A DNA stretch of 16,070 bases, taken from positions 1 to 16,070 of the forward strand of contig JBDKTL010000041.1 in NCBI GenBank assembly GCA_039698055.1, written 5' to 3'. This document shows positions 1-6,845 of this stretch, in pieces. Below the pieces are notes generated by a model. It was not told where the DNA came from. It saw nothing but the letters and a program-made list of their open reading frames with translations, and did no database searches. Numbering within the stretch: the first letter of the stretch is position 1; each line of letters opens with the position of its first letter. The position numbers and the translations under genes are program-made. The stretch comes from Methanoregula sp. (lineage in GTDB: Archaea > Halobacteriota > Methanomicrobia > Methanomicrobiales > Methanospirillaceae).

Positions 1-127
1 AAAGTTCAGTGGCGATCTCAAAGCTCGAAGATTCCTGATGCAGATGAAAGAAATCGCTAACAAAATGATTGTCTGTAACATTCACAGGTTCTTACTATTT
101 CTCGCCATTGAGGTTTTCTACAGAGCA
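1..127 (+). mobile_element. Right end of an IS5-family (ISH1-group-like) insertion sequence; 3' part of transposase plus right terminal inverted repeat (partial)
   Basis: Frame from base 2 reads KFSGDLKARRFLMQMKEIANKMIVCNIHRFLLFLAIEVFYRA, resembling the C-terminus of archaeal IS5/ISH1-type DDE transposases. It ends in AGGTTTTCTACAGAGCA (111-127), of which 16 nt are identical to the right end of the MITE (6040-6055). There is no stop codon inside the element. Confidence 0.8.
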
Positions 128-162
128 GGAATATACTCAACTACGGTTTTATTGTCGGACAT
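128..162 (-). pseudogene. 5' stub of a gene (MSDNKTVVEYIP...) interrupted by the IS5 insertion
   Basis: Minus-strand ATG at 162 with an SD-like AGGAG at 176..172 and a TATA-like AAGGTATTAAT near 220..210. The frame enters the IS terminus after about 12 codons and stops at TAG inside the inverted repeat. Confidence 0.45.
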
Positions 163-354
163 AAAGTCGATCTCCTGTGTATATGTTCACCTGTTGGTTG
201 ATCCCGAAATTAATACCTTGGTCATTACCAACCCCCCTCATTTTCTTTTTCCTGTCTCCTCGCACCACAATAGGTGGAAAATCACCCGCGTGTTTAGTCC
301 GGGGAGAACAACAGGGTTAATCATGAGAGGAACCCAGCATGGAATGGCATTTTT

Positions 355-846
355 TTATTTTTTATGGATTATTTCCAATGCCCGGATCGCAGCCTCACGC
401 ACTTCGGAGAAGGGATCGGCAGCACATGCGGTGAGCGCTTCCTGTGCCCTCCGGTTACCAAAATGCCCAAGTACTTCAGCGGCACTGGCGCGGATCCGGG
501 AATCTTTGTCCGAGAGGCAACAGATGAGTGGATCAACCGCCCGCCCATCGTGCAGCTTACGGAATGCAACAATCGCTGCTGCCCGGACATCCGGAACCGG
601 GTCGTTGAGTACAGCGAGGAGCTCCGGCACGGCATCTGTATCATCCAGCCGCCCCAGCGCCTGTGCAGCCTCACACCGGACGGCGGGATGGGGATCTGAT
701 AAGGCCGGCACGATATACAGTACCGCTGCCGGGTTTTTAGATCTCCCGAGATCTTTGATCGCGGCGATTCTCTTTTTTACGGCTGGGCTGGCAAGCGCTG
801 CAATAAAGGGAGCAAGATCAGAAATCAGGGGCTCTGATGTGGGCAT
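355..846 (-). CDS. HEAT-repeat (PBS lyase HEAT-like) protein
   Basis: Repeated units such as L.D....VR..AA.ALG (LSDPHPAVRCEAAQALG, LNDPVPDVRAAAIVAFR, LSDKDSRIRASAAEVLG, ADPFSEVREAAIRALE). The ATG at 846 overlaps the upstream TGA (TGATG), so it is preferred over the GTG at 858. Confidence 0.9.
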   Translation of the reverse strand: MPTSEPLISDLAPFIAALASPAVKKRIAAIKDLGRSKNPAAVLYIVPALSDPHPAVRCEAAQALGRLDDTDAVPELLAVLNDPVPDVRAAAIVAFRKLHDGRAVDPLICCLSDKDSRIRASAAEVLGHFGNRRAQEALTACAADPFSEVREAAIRALEIIHKK

Positions 847-1193
847 CAGTGTTCGCACTCGTACCCGGATTCGTACGCTGAGATGACTTTCTTTGCAACA
901 TCTTCGCCAAGCCGGTCATGGATGAGGTGGGTAAATGCCTCCACATCCTCCACCGGCAGGCACCCCATGCTCTCTTCCCCTTTTTCAATCTTCTCCGTGA
1001 GATAGGTGAGTTCGGCATCACTTAACCGGCCGATTCGCTCGATGAAATCATCGCTGTCCTCGGAAAAATGGTTAGAGACCGGGGGCAGGATGGAATGGAA
1101 CATGTGGCCTGACCCGGAGCAGGAGAGATCTCCGCATTCGGGAGCACATTTTTTCAATATTTCGATATCCTTTTCGGTAAGTTCCCGTGGCAT
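846..1193 (-). CDS. Hypothetical acidic protein with Cys/His residues
   Basis: Protein-like acidic ORF (MPRELTEKDIEILKKCAPECGDLSC...). ATG at 1193 with GGGAG upstream (alternative GTG at 1205). Its stop overlaps the HEAT gene start. Confidence 0.8.
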   Translation of the reverse strand: MPRELTEKDIEILKKCAPECGDLSCSGSGHMFHSILPPVSNHFSEDSDDFIERIGRLSDAELTYLTEKIEKGEESMGCLPVEDVEAFTHLIHDRLGEDVAKKVISAYESGYECEH

Positions 1194-1352
1194 GGTGTCA
1201 GACACTCCCTGGTATATTATTTTGACATGATTCCTGTATATGTATTACAGATCCTGCATTCTTCCGCGTCGGCTGGGTTGCGGGATGACAAGTAAAGACC
1301 TGTGGTGCAGGTACGGATTAATGTTTTCTCGCCGGGAAAAAAGTGATGGATA

Positions 1353-1748
1353 TCAGAAATATTTTTTCCACCAGGCCCTGATGCCGGCAAAAATACCGTC
1401 ATCTGAGCTGGATGAAGATCGTTTCTGGGGCCGGGTCTGCTGCTGCTGGGGCCGGCTGCGTTCGACGGGGGGTGGATGTGAGATGGTTCGCCTTGGTGCC
1501 GGTGCTTCCCGCTCGGGAATATCCCGAACCATGGGTGCCGGCTCACTGGTATCAGCTTCAAACCCCCATGAGAACCCGATTTTGTATGCATTTTCGTTCT
1601 GGCGAATCCAGTTGGCTGCCTTCATGTAGCCCCGGTCTTCCGATCGTTTGATCGTGTCCTGTGTATCGAGCGTGAAATGGATCTCACGCTGGAGAGCTGT
1701 TAACTCTTCAAACACATCGTTTGGAACCTTGATCTTCTCCCTGCTCAT
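1353..1748 (-). CDS. Hypothetical protein: DUF5049-like N-terminal domain, Pro/Gln/Ser linker, C-terminal amphipathic helix
   Basis: N-terminus (IKVPNDVFEEL...RGYMKAANWIRQNENAYKIGFSWGF) resembles my recollection of DUF5049 (not searched). Low-complexity linker, tail GIFAGIRAWWKKYF, and TATA-like CATTAAATA upstream on the minus strand (about 1789..1781). Confidence 0.75.
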   Translation of the reverse strand: MSREKIKVPNDVFEELTALQREIHFTLDTQDTIKRSEDRGYMKAANWIRQNENAYKIGFSWGFEADTSEPAPMVRDIPEREAPAPRRTISHPPPVERSRPQQQQTRPQKRSSSSSDDGIFAGIRAWWKKYF

Positions 1749-1928
1749 AGTTCTTCATATACCGTTATGCGGGGAAACGATATTTAATGCTTCCTTAAGA
1801 AAACAGCCAGTTCTGTGGGGCATTTTGAGTATTGGATGTATGAAACGGTTAAAAATCGTATCGCAGAAGATTGATACCTTCCCGGGCTCAATTGGAGCAC
1901 TACGTGAAAAAAGCGGAAGTGAACAATT

Positions 1929-2117
1929 ATGTCAAAAACTGTATTCGTGGATGATGATTTCCGGCGCATGGCCCGGACCGATATGGCAAAACTCCAGCGC
2001 CTGATTGATGAAAAAAAATTTGGTGTCCATGAGGTCCCCTATGGGGAAAAAAAGATCAAAGTGTCGATAAAGAAAAACGGGGATACCATCCAGGTAAAGA
2101 TATTCCGGGTCAGTTAA
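1929..2117 (+). CDS. Small basic hypothetical protein (62 aa)
   Basis: ATG start, lies alone in an intergenic gap divergent from the 1353-1748 gene, and has a plausible helix plus beta-strand pattern (KIKVSIKK, TIQVKIFRV). Confidence 0.65.
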   Translation: MSKTVFVDDDFRRMARTDMAKLQRLIDEKKFGVHEVPYGEKKIKVSIKKNGDTIQVKIFRVS

Positions 2118-2217
2118 CTCACTTGAGTTTTATCTGCGGCCTCATTTGGAGATGTGGGATGAAACTTTCAGTTTTTATGGCAATACTGTTTTTTATTCGG
2201 AATGGAAAGTAGACTAT

Positions 2218-2583
2218 ATGGAACTATCTGAAAACGAGCGGCTAATGCTTGTTAAGAAAAAAGAAGAAATTTGTAAAATAACTTCAGAACTTAAAACGGG
2301 AAAATTAAATAACTCTCAAAAAATTGCAAAGATAAATGAGGTGATTTCTTTATTAAGCACAATTGAAAGTTATGCCAAACCTGATCGAGATCTATCCGCT
2401 TTTTCAAGGTTGGCAATTCAAATATCACATTTTTTAGAAATAGGATTTGATGCAGATGTGACAATTGATATTTTTTGCACAGCTGCAAATTCAGTAAAAT
2501 TTGATTTTACAAAAAGAGGATTGATAATTTCTATTCCGATCCAAATAAAGGAAGCAATTCTGAATAAAATTCAATTCGGTTGA
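2218..2583 (+). CDS. AT-rich hypothetical helical protein (about 121 aa), probably horizontally acquired
   Basis: Long open frame in AT-rich DNA (hand count: 16/60 GC at 2281-2340 versus 38/60 at 3661-3720). The ATG at 2218 (MELSENERL) is preferred over the TTG at 2146. Confidence 0.7.
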   Translation: MELSENERLMLVKKKEEICKITSELKTGKLNNSQKIAKINEVISLLSTIESYAKPDRDLSAFSRLAIQISHFLEIGFDADVTIDIFCTAANSVKFDFTKRGLIISIPIQIKEAILNKIQFG

Positions 2584-2605
2584 TCTATTTGCATCCTCCC
2601 GGAGT

Positions 2606-3076
2606 CTGGCATTGTTACTCGTATCTTATGATAATACAACAAGTTCCCTAAAAGTTGAACGCCCTAATCCAAAAGAGTAGCATTGATCAACGTCTGTCTT
2701 CTATTGAGGCAGATCTTCAAGAAATAAAAAAGATCATGAGGGTGATGTAAATGGAGTTGATTGCCAACACAATGTTTAAAAAATCAGTCCGAAAGAGGGA
2801 TTTATTGCACCTTATATTCAGTTACCTTGGGGATAAAAAAGGTTCACTGATAGGAAAATCTGTGTCTGTCTATAAAGTGGATTGCGGATTTTTTTAGCAT
2901 TGGAGAACAAGCAGTTTACACTGCCCGATTATATTAAAAAAGATATTCCAACGACGATAAAAGAACCTACTCCAATCGAAAAGACCGAGTTTACACCATT
3001 AAAAGAAAACAACGTAAAAGGAGAGTGCTGTTATGGGGATTCGAACCCCAGTCGCGAGCGTGAGAGGCTCGCATGA
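2606..3076 (+). pseudogene. Decayed ORF fragments running antisense into tRNA-Glu; possible int(N)-type remnant of an SSV-type integrated element
   Basis: Fragments LALLLVSYDN...KVERPNPK and SSIDQRLSSIEADLQEIKKIMRVM* (stop 2748-2750), then SD GAGGGTGA and ATG 2751. Frame-hopping at homopolymers gives MELIANTMFKK/ISPKEGFIAPYIQLPWG/KKGSLIGKSVSVYKVDCGFF/LALENKQF...ECCYGDSNPSRERERLA*, ending inside the tRNA. The family assignment is inference. Confidence 0.45.
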
Positions 3077-3100
3077 TTGGCCGGTCTACACTATAACAGC
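3026..3100 (-). tRNA. tRNA-Glu (anticodon CTC)
   Basis: Reverse complement GCTGTTA TA GTGTAGACCGGCCAATCAT G CGAGC CT CTC AC GCTCG CGAC TGGGG TTCGAAT CCCCA TAACAGC A. Seven-bp acceptor stem, T-loop TTCGAAT, no intron, CCA not encoded. Confidence 0.97.
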
Positions 3101-3130
3101 AGTTGCTCACTAACATGCGTGATATTTTTA

Positions 3131-3142
3131 CTTATAGTTTAT
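3131..3142 (-). promoter_or_regulatory. Probable BRE/TATA promoter of tRNA-Glu
   Basis: Minus-strand ATAAACTATAAG about 30 nt upstream of the mature tRNA 5' end. Confidence 0.5.
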
Positions 3143-3317
3143 CACACGGGGAGAATGATGAGCAGAATACATCATTTTCTTTCTTCTGCCCTCCGTAACT
3201 ACCGGTAACGGACCTTACCCGCGATGCACTCATATTTCTCCAAAAGAAAACTCTCGCCGGTTAATTGGCTAGATCATAAACAACTATATCCCGAACATAC
3301 ATCGAATAATATAGGAA

Positions 3318-4433
3318 ATGGTTAGTAGTCTTGAAGAGCAGATACAGGAGCTCGAAACCGAGCTCACCAATACGCCATCCAACAAGGCTACTTCCAAGCA
3401 TATCGGTCGGATAAAAGCAAAGATCGCCCGCCTCCGTGACGAAGCAGTCAACCGGGCGATGAAATCCAGTGGTGGCGGGGAAGGATTTTCCGTCAAGAAA
3501 TCCGGCGATGCCACCGCAGTGCTCGTCGGTTTCCCGTCAACCGGTAAAAGTACCCTCTTAAATAAACTCACCGGCACAGAAAGTGCCGTTGCCGCATATG
3601 CGTTTACCACCCTTACTGTAGTACCCGGCGCACTGGAGCACAAAGGAGCAAAGATCCAGCTGCTCGATATCCCGGGGCTCATCGCCGGAGCGGCAATGGG
3701 TAAAGGACGGGGCAAGGAAGTCATCGGTGTTGTGCGGGGCGCAGACATCATCATCATTCTCGTCGATGTCTTCAACGAGCGGCACGTTGACGTGCTCATC
3801 AAGGAATTATACGATGCAGGTATCCGCATCAATGTGCCAAAACCGGATATCACCATCAAGCGATCGTCAATGGGCGGTGTCCGGCTTTCCGCCGTCGGCA
3901 CGCTCAATCTCGACATCGAAGATGTGCGTTCCATTTTATCCGAGTCCAAGATCATGAACGCGGATGTGCTGGTCCGTGGTGGCGCAACGCAGGACGATTT
4001 CATCGATGCCGTCCAGGGCAACCGGGTCTATGTTCCTGCATTCATCGCGGTCAACAAGGTAGACCTCGTGGACAAGGAACGGTACCTGGAGATCGAGCAT
4101 GACATTGCCGCCCGGTTTGCAAACCCCCCGATCATGATCTCTGCCCATGCGGGCTATCACATGGAAGAACTCAAGGACGCCATTTATGACTGTCTCGGGT
4201 TTATGCGGTTATATCTCCGTCCCCAGAGTGGTGAGGCAGATATGGATGAACCGCTCATCATCCGTAATGGCAGCACGGTTGAAACGGTCTGCACCAAGCT
4301 CCACCGGGATTTCGTGTACCGGTTCCGCTATGCCCGGGTCTGGGGAAAATCCGTCAAGCACGGCGGACAAAGGGTGGGACTGACCCACGAGCTTGTTGAT
4401 GGCGATATCTTAACCATCATCATCGAGCACTAA
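3318..4433 (+). CDS. DRG/Rbg-family OBG-class GTPase with C-terminal TGS domain
   Basis: N-terminal NKATSKHIGRIKAKIARL, G1 GFPSTGKS, G2 YAFTT, G3 DIPG, G4 NKVD, and a TGS-type C-terminus (YARVWGKSVKHGGQRVGLTHELVDGDI). Confidence 0.96.
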   Translation: MVSSLEEQIQELETELTNTPSNKATSKHIGRIKAKIARLRDEAVNRAMKSSGGGEGFSVKKSGDATAVLVGFPSTGKSTLLNKLTGTESAVAAYAFTTLTVVPGALEHKGAKIQLLDIPGLIAGAAMGKGRGKEVIGVVRGADIIIILVDVFNERHVDVLIKELYDAGIRINVPKPDITIKRSSMGGVRLSAVGTLNLDIEDVRSILSESKIMNADVLVRGGATQDDFIDAVQGNRVYVPAFIAVNKVDLVDKERYLEIEHDIAARFANPPIMISAHAGYHMEELKDAIYDCLGFMRLYLRPQSGEADMDEPLIIRNGSTVETVCTKLHRDFVYRFRYARVWGKSVKHGGQRVGLTHELVDGDILTIIIEH

Positions 4434-4488
4434 AATCCCGGATTTTGTATTTTTTTTAAAATGCGTTGCAGGGGACAGTCGCTGTCCC
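4433..4488. terminator. Probable terminator region between convergent DRG and trm1 genes
   Basis: AAAATC-CCG-GATTTT inverted repeat, T8 tract at 4450-4457, and GGGACAG-TCG-CTGTCCC hairpin at 4472-4488. Confidence 0.5.
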
Positions 4489-4496
4489 GCATCAGG

Positions 4497-5609
4497 TCAT
4501 CCCCGGATGGCACCAAATATCACGGATAACGGAGCGTCGGTTTTGATGCCCGTTCCACAGAAATGTGTCCGGGTAGCAGCATAGCCGTCTGCCCGTAACC
4601 TGTCAAGAACAACCGTGATATCGGGCGGTGATCCTTTCAGGATCTGGGCAAGATGGTGGTAATCGTAAAAACTTGACGTGGGAAGTTCCTCACGGCAGGT
4701 TGCGATAATCTTCTGGAGTTCTTTTTTCGTGCCGAGTTCCATGCCCATAGGAAGGTCGTTCATCTGGTCGAGGATCTCCGGTTTCATGAGGCTGCCAAGC
4801 CATAGAGGACCGATAGGGTCAAGCTGTTTCCCGCAGTGAGGACAGGTGGATGATGGCGGGAACCTGCCCTGGTGCTCCTCGCGGTACGGACACGATGGGC
4901 ACTGCATAATATACCCGATATGGGAGAGAGATTCGTCACCCGCTTTTGCCCCCCGGGTAATACGGAGGTGGAGGCGGACAAAATGTTCACGGGCAAAACA
5001 GAAGAGCGGGTCGATACCCCGGTCATATTTCACCGTCTGCCGGACAACAAACCCAAGAAGGATTCGCAGCCCCACTTCGCTGTGGTACTCGGTATTTCCC
5101 GGGCGGGCATCGTACCGGCGTATCCCTGCTTTCAGGTGCGCCCCGCAGAGCGGAGCGGTATCAGTAGCGGTGACCAGGAGAAACCGGCGGCACCCCCTAA
5201 TTGCCGCATCGATAAACGTTGCCGGTGACCCGAAGGGGTCGAGGTCGACCGCATCGAACGACCGTTCGGAGAGCAGGGCATTAATATCCCGGTTCGTGAT
5301 CTCGATATCTGCACTGTTGCGGTCGGCATTTCTTCGTATCACCGGTATGGCCGTCTCATCCCGGTCATTGATGGTCACCGGCACACCGCATTCGTTTGCC
5401 ACGCGGAGCCCTCGGACGCCGGTTGCTCCCATAGCGTCAAGGTAATCGGAAGGTTTGAGAATCGAGAGAAGAAGGACCGTTGCGTCCCGGTTCAGCTGCA
5501 TACGCCGGTTGAAAAAGATGGCGGCAGACGATGGCGGGAACTGTGTATCGGTGTCCTGCACCGGGACAAAAAATGTCGTTTTTCCTTCTGTTGCCTCGAT
5601 TAACTCCAT
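4497..5609 (-). CDS. trm1: tRNA (guanine-26-N2)-dimethyltransferase
   Basis: FFNRRMQLNRD, LDAMGATGVRGLR, DLDPFGSP, VTATD and EVGLRIL motifs, CxxC...CxxC zinc knuckle, GPLWLG and RTHF. The ATG at 5609 (MELIEATEG) is preferred over 5636. Confidence 0.96.
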   Translation of the reverse strand: MELIEATEGKTTFFVPVQDTDTQFPPSSAAIFFNRRMQLNRDATVLLLSILKPSDYLDAMGATGVRGLRVANECGVPVTINDRDETAIPVIRRNADRNSADIEITNRDINALLSERSFDAVDLDPFGSPATFIDAAIRGCRRFLLVTATDTAPLCGAHLKAGIRRYDARPGNTEYHSEVGLRILLGFVVRQTVKYDRGIDPLFCFAREHFVRLHLRITRGAKAGDESLSHIGYIMQCPSCPYREEHQGRFPPSSTCPHCGKQLDPIGPLWLGSLMKPEILDQMNDLPMGMELGTKKELQKIIATCREELPTSSFYDYHHLAQILKGSPPDITVVLDRLRADGYAATRTHFCGTGIKTDAPLSVIFGAIRG

Positions 5610-5633
5610 TGCGGAAGAATTGTTGGGAGCGCG

Positions 5634-5645
5634 CAAAACTTATAC
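5634..5645 (+). promoter_or_regulatory. Probable BRE/TATA promoter of tRNA-Arg (in the divergent trm1/tRNA gap)
   Basis: CAAAACTTATAC about 27-38 nt upstream of the tRNA 5' end. Confidence 0.55.
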
Positions 5646-5671
5646 ATATTCCCCGGTAATTGGTATAGGCA

Positions 5672-5746
5672 GGGCGAGTGGCTTAGCCCGGACATAGCGT
5701 CAGCCTCCTAAGCTGAATGCCGGGGGTTCAAATCCCCCCTCGCCCG
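5672..5746 (+). tRNA. tRNA-Arg (anticodon CCT)
   Basis: GGGCGAG/CTCGCCC acceptor stem, anticodon arm TCAGC CT CCT AA GCTGA, T-arm GGGGG TTCAAAT CCCCC, discriminator G, no intron, CCA not encoded. Confidence 0.97.
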
Positions 5747-5770
5747 TTGGCGCACAATGTTTCTGGCCCG

Positions 5771-5779
5771 TTTTTTTTT
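5771..5779 (+). terminator. Oligo-T terminator of tRNA-Arg
   Basis: T9 run 25 nt after the tRNA 3' end. Confidence 0.6.
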
Positions 5780-5786
5780 AATTTAT

Positions 5787-6056
5787 GGCTCTGTAGAACT
5801 CATTGTTTTTTTATCTCAGGCACTCTTTGAAATCCGGGGTATCTGGATTCCCTGCCCCCGCCACATAGCCTCCCCAGATTGTGGTAGATCTTCAAAGAAT
5901 TAGTGAAAAACCCAAAAAGAAGAGAGGAATACCGGGGGTCAAAGGGATACTCCCCTTGGGGGGCCTCCCCCTTTCTCGGAAGAGAGGGGGTCACACTCAT
6001 AACTTACATAAGAGTTTTTTTTTTAAATTGGATGATTACAGGTTTTCTACAGAGCC
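5787..6056. mobile_element. MITE (270 bp, non-autonomous), related to the IS5/ISH1-type element
   Basis: Perfect 12-bp terminal inverted repeats GGCTCTGTAGAA (5787-5798) and TTCTACAGAGCC (6045-6056). Flanking 8-bp near-duplication TAATTTAT (5779-5786) / TAAATTAT (6057-6064). No transposase; internal GC hairpins. Confidence 0.85.
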
Positions 6057-6247
6057 TAAATTATGGCAAACCTTCTGCGGACATTCCTGATTTAAACGTG
6101 CCCTTGGCAATCATGTCTTTCCGTCAAATGTGGACCTGACCTCAGAATGCCCGGGGCTGTTACCCGGAAAAAAAAGATTATGGCTCAAAATTTTTATTAT
6201 TTCATAGCTAACCGTTTCTGGTAAAAAAATAACTCCGTGGTGACCGC

Positions 6248-6769
6248 ATGAAAACCATTCTCATCCTGATAGCTACCGCATGTCTCATTCTTGTTGCCGG
6301 TTGTTCGACTATTTCTTCTCCGAGTCAAACGGTACCTGGTTCTTCCCTGAAAATGAACGAACCTGCAGCGCTTTCGGGCGGCAACTATTCGTTCAACGCA
6401 TCGATCAGCGAAATCTCCGTTGATTCGTCAGCAACCGGCGGCCATACGATCAATATTTTCATCACTGCGAAAAATACCGGGACAAATCCTGTCCGGCTTA
6501 CGTGGTTCAGTAAACTTACCGGTCCGGATGGCACAACATTTGGTGGAGTTAACGTCTCCCACGGTGGCGCTGGGGCGCATAGTTCCCTGCTGTCCCCGGG
6601 GTTATCAGAAACGGCGCGGGATTATGTTGTGGTCCAGTCGGACAAGGAGTATGCCGCATTATCTCATGGTGCAATGCTTGATGTTGCTTTCTCCGGACAA
6701 CAGGATGCCAATGAAACACCCGTCACACTCCATGCATTCTGGACTATTGACCCTGCATATTTCAAGTAA
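6248..6769 (+). CDS. Putative lipoprotein with an Ig-like beta-sandwich domain
   Basis: Signal peptide MKTILILIATACLILVAGC with lipobox-like VAGC, Ser/Thr linker, and a beta-strand domain (INIFITAKNTGTNPV...LSPG). Confidence 0.85.
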   Translation: MKTILILIATACLILVAGCSTISSPSQTVPGSSLKMNEPAALSGGNYSFNASISEISVDSSATGGHTINIFITAKNTGTNPVRLTWFSKLTGPDGTTFGGVNVSHGGAGAHSSLLSPGLSETARDYVVVQSDKEYAALSHGAMLDVAFSGQQDANETPVTLHAFWTIDPAYFK

Positions 6770-6845
6770 GCGCGAAACCGGGACACCCTATCTTTTAGCA
6801 TTTTTCCACAGGTTAATATCACACCGTTCAGATACCTGTGTACCC

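Noticed and set aside
38-886. 282-aa plus-strand ORF as an independent gene
   Set aside because: It is the transposase tail reading through intergenic DNA and the antisense strand of the HEAT gene.
1-2200. Second att copy (tRNA-Glu 3' half) or int(C) bounding the island
   Set aside because: By eye I found no repeat of TGCTGTTATGGGGATTCGAACC and no tyrosine recombinase ORF.
2854-2937. HTH-like reading IADFFSIGEQAVYTAR in a third frame
   Set aside because: Short, bounded by stops, no ATG start, and it overlaps the better-supported reconstruction; probably chance.
3284-5445. Long opposite-strand ORFs (3284..4021, 4846..5445 and similar)
   Set aside because: Antisense shadows of the DRG GTPase and trm1 with no recognisable motifs.
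5800-6139. Short ORFs 5800..6000, 5881..6090 and 5903..6139
   Set aside because: They lie in or across the MITE hairpins and have no transposase or other motifs.
6420-6845. N-terminal extension of the UbiA-family ORF (423 aa)
   Set aside because: Overlaps the lipoprotein gene in another frame; family similarity begins at ATG 6846.
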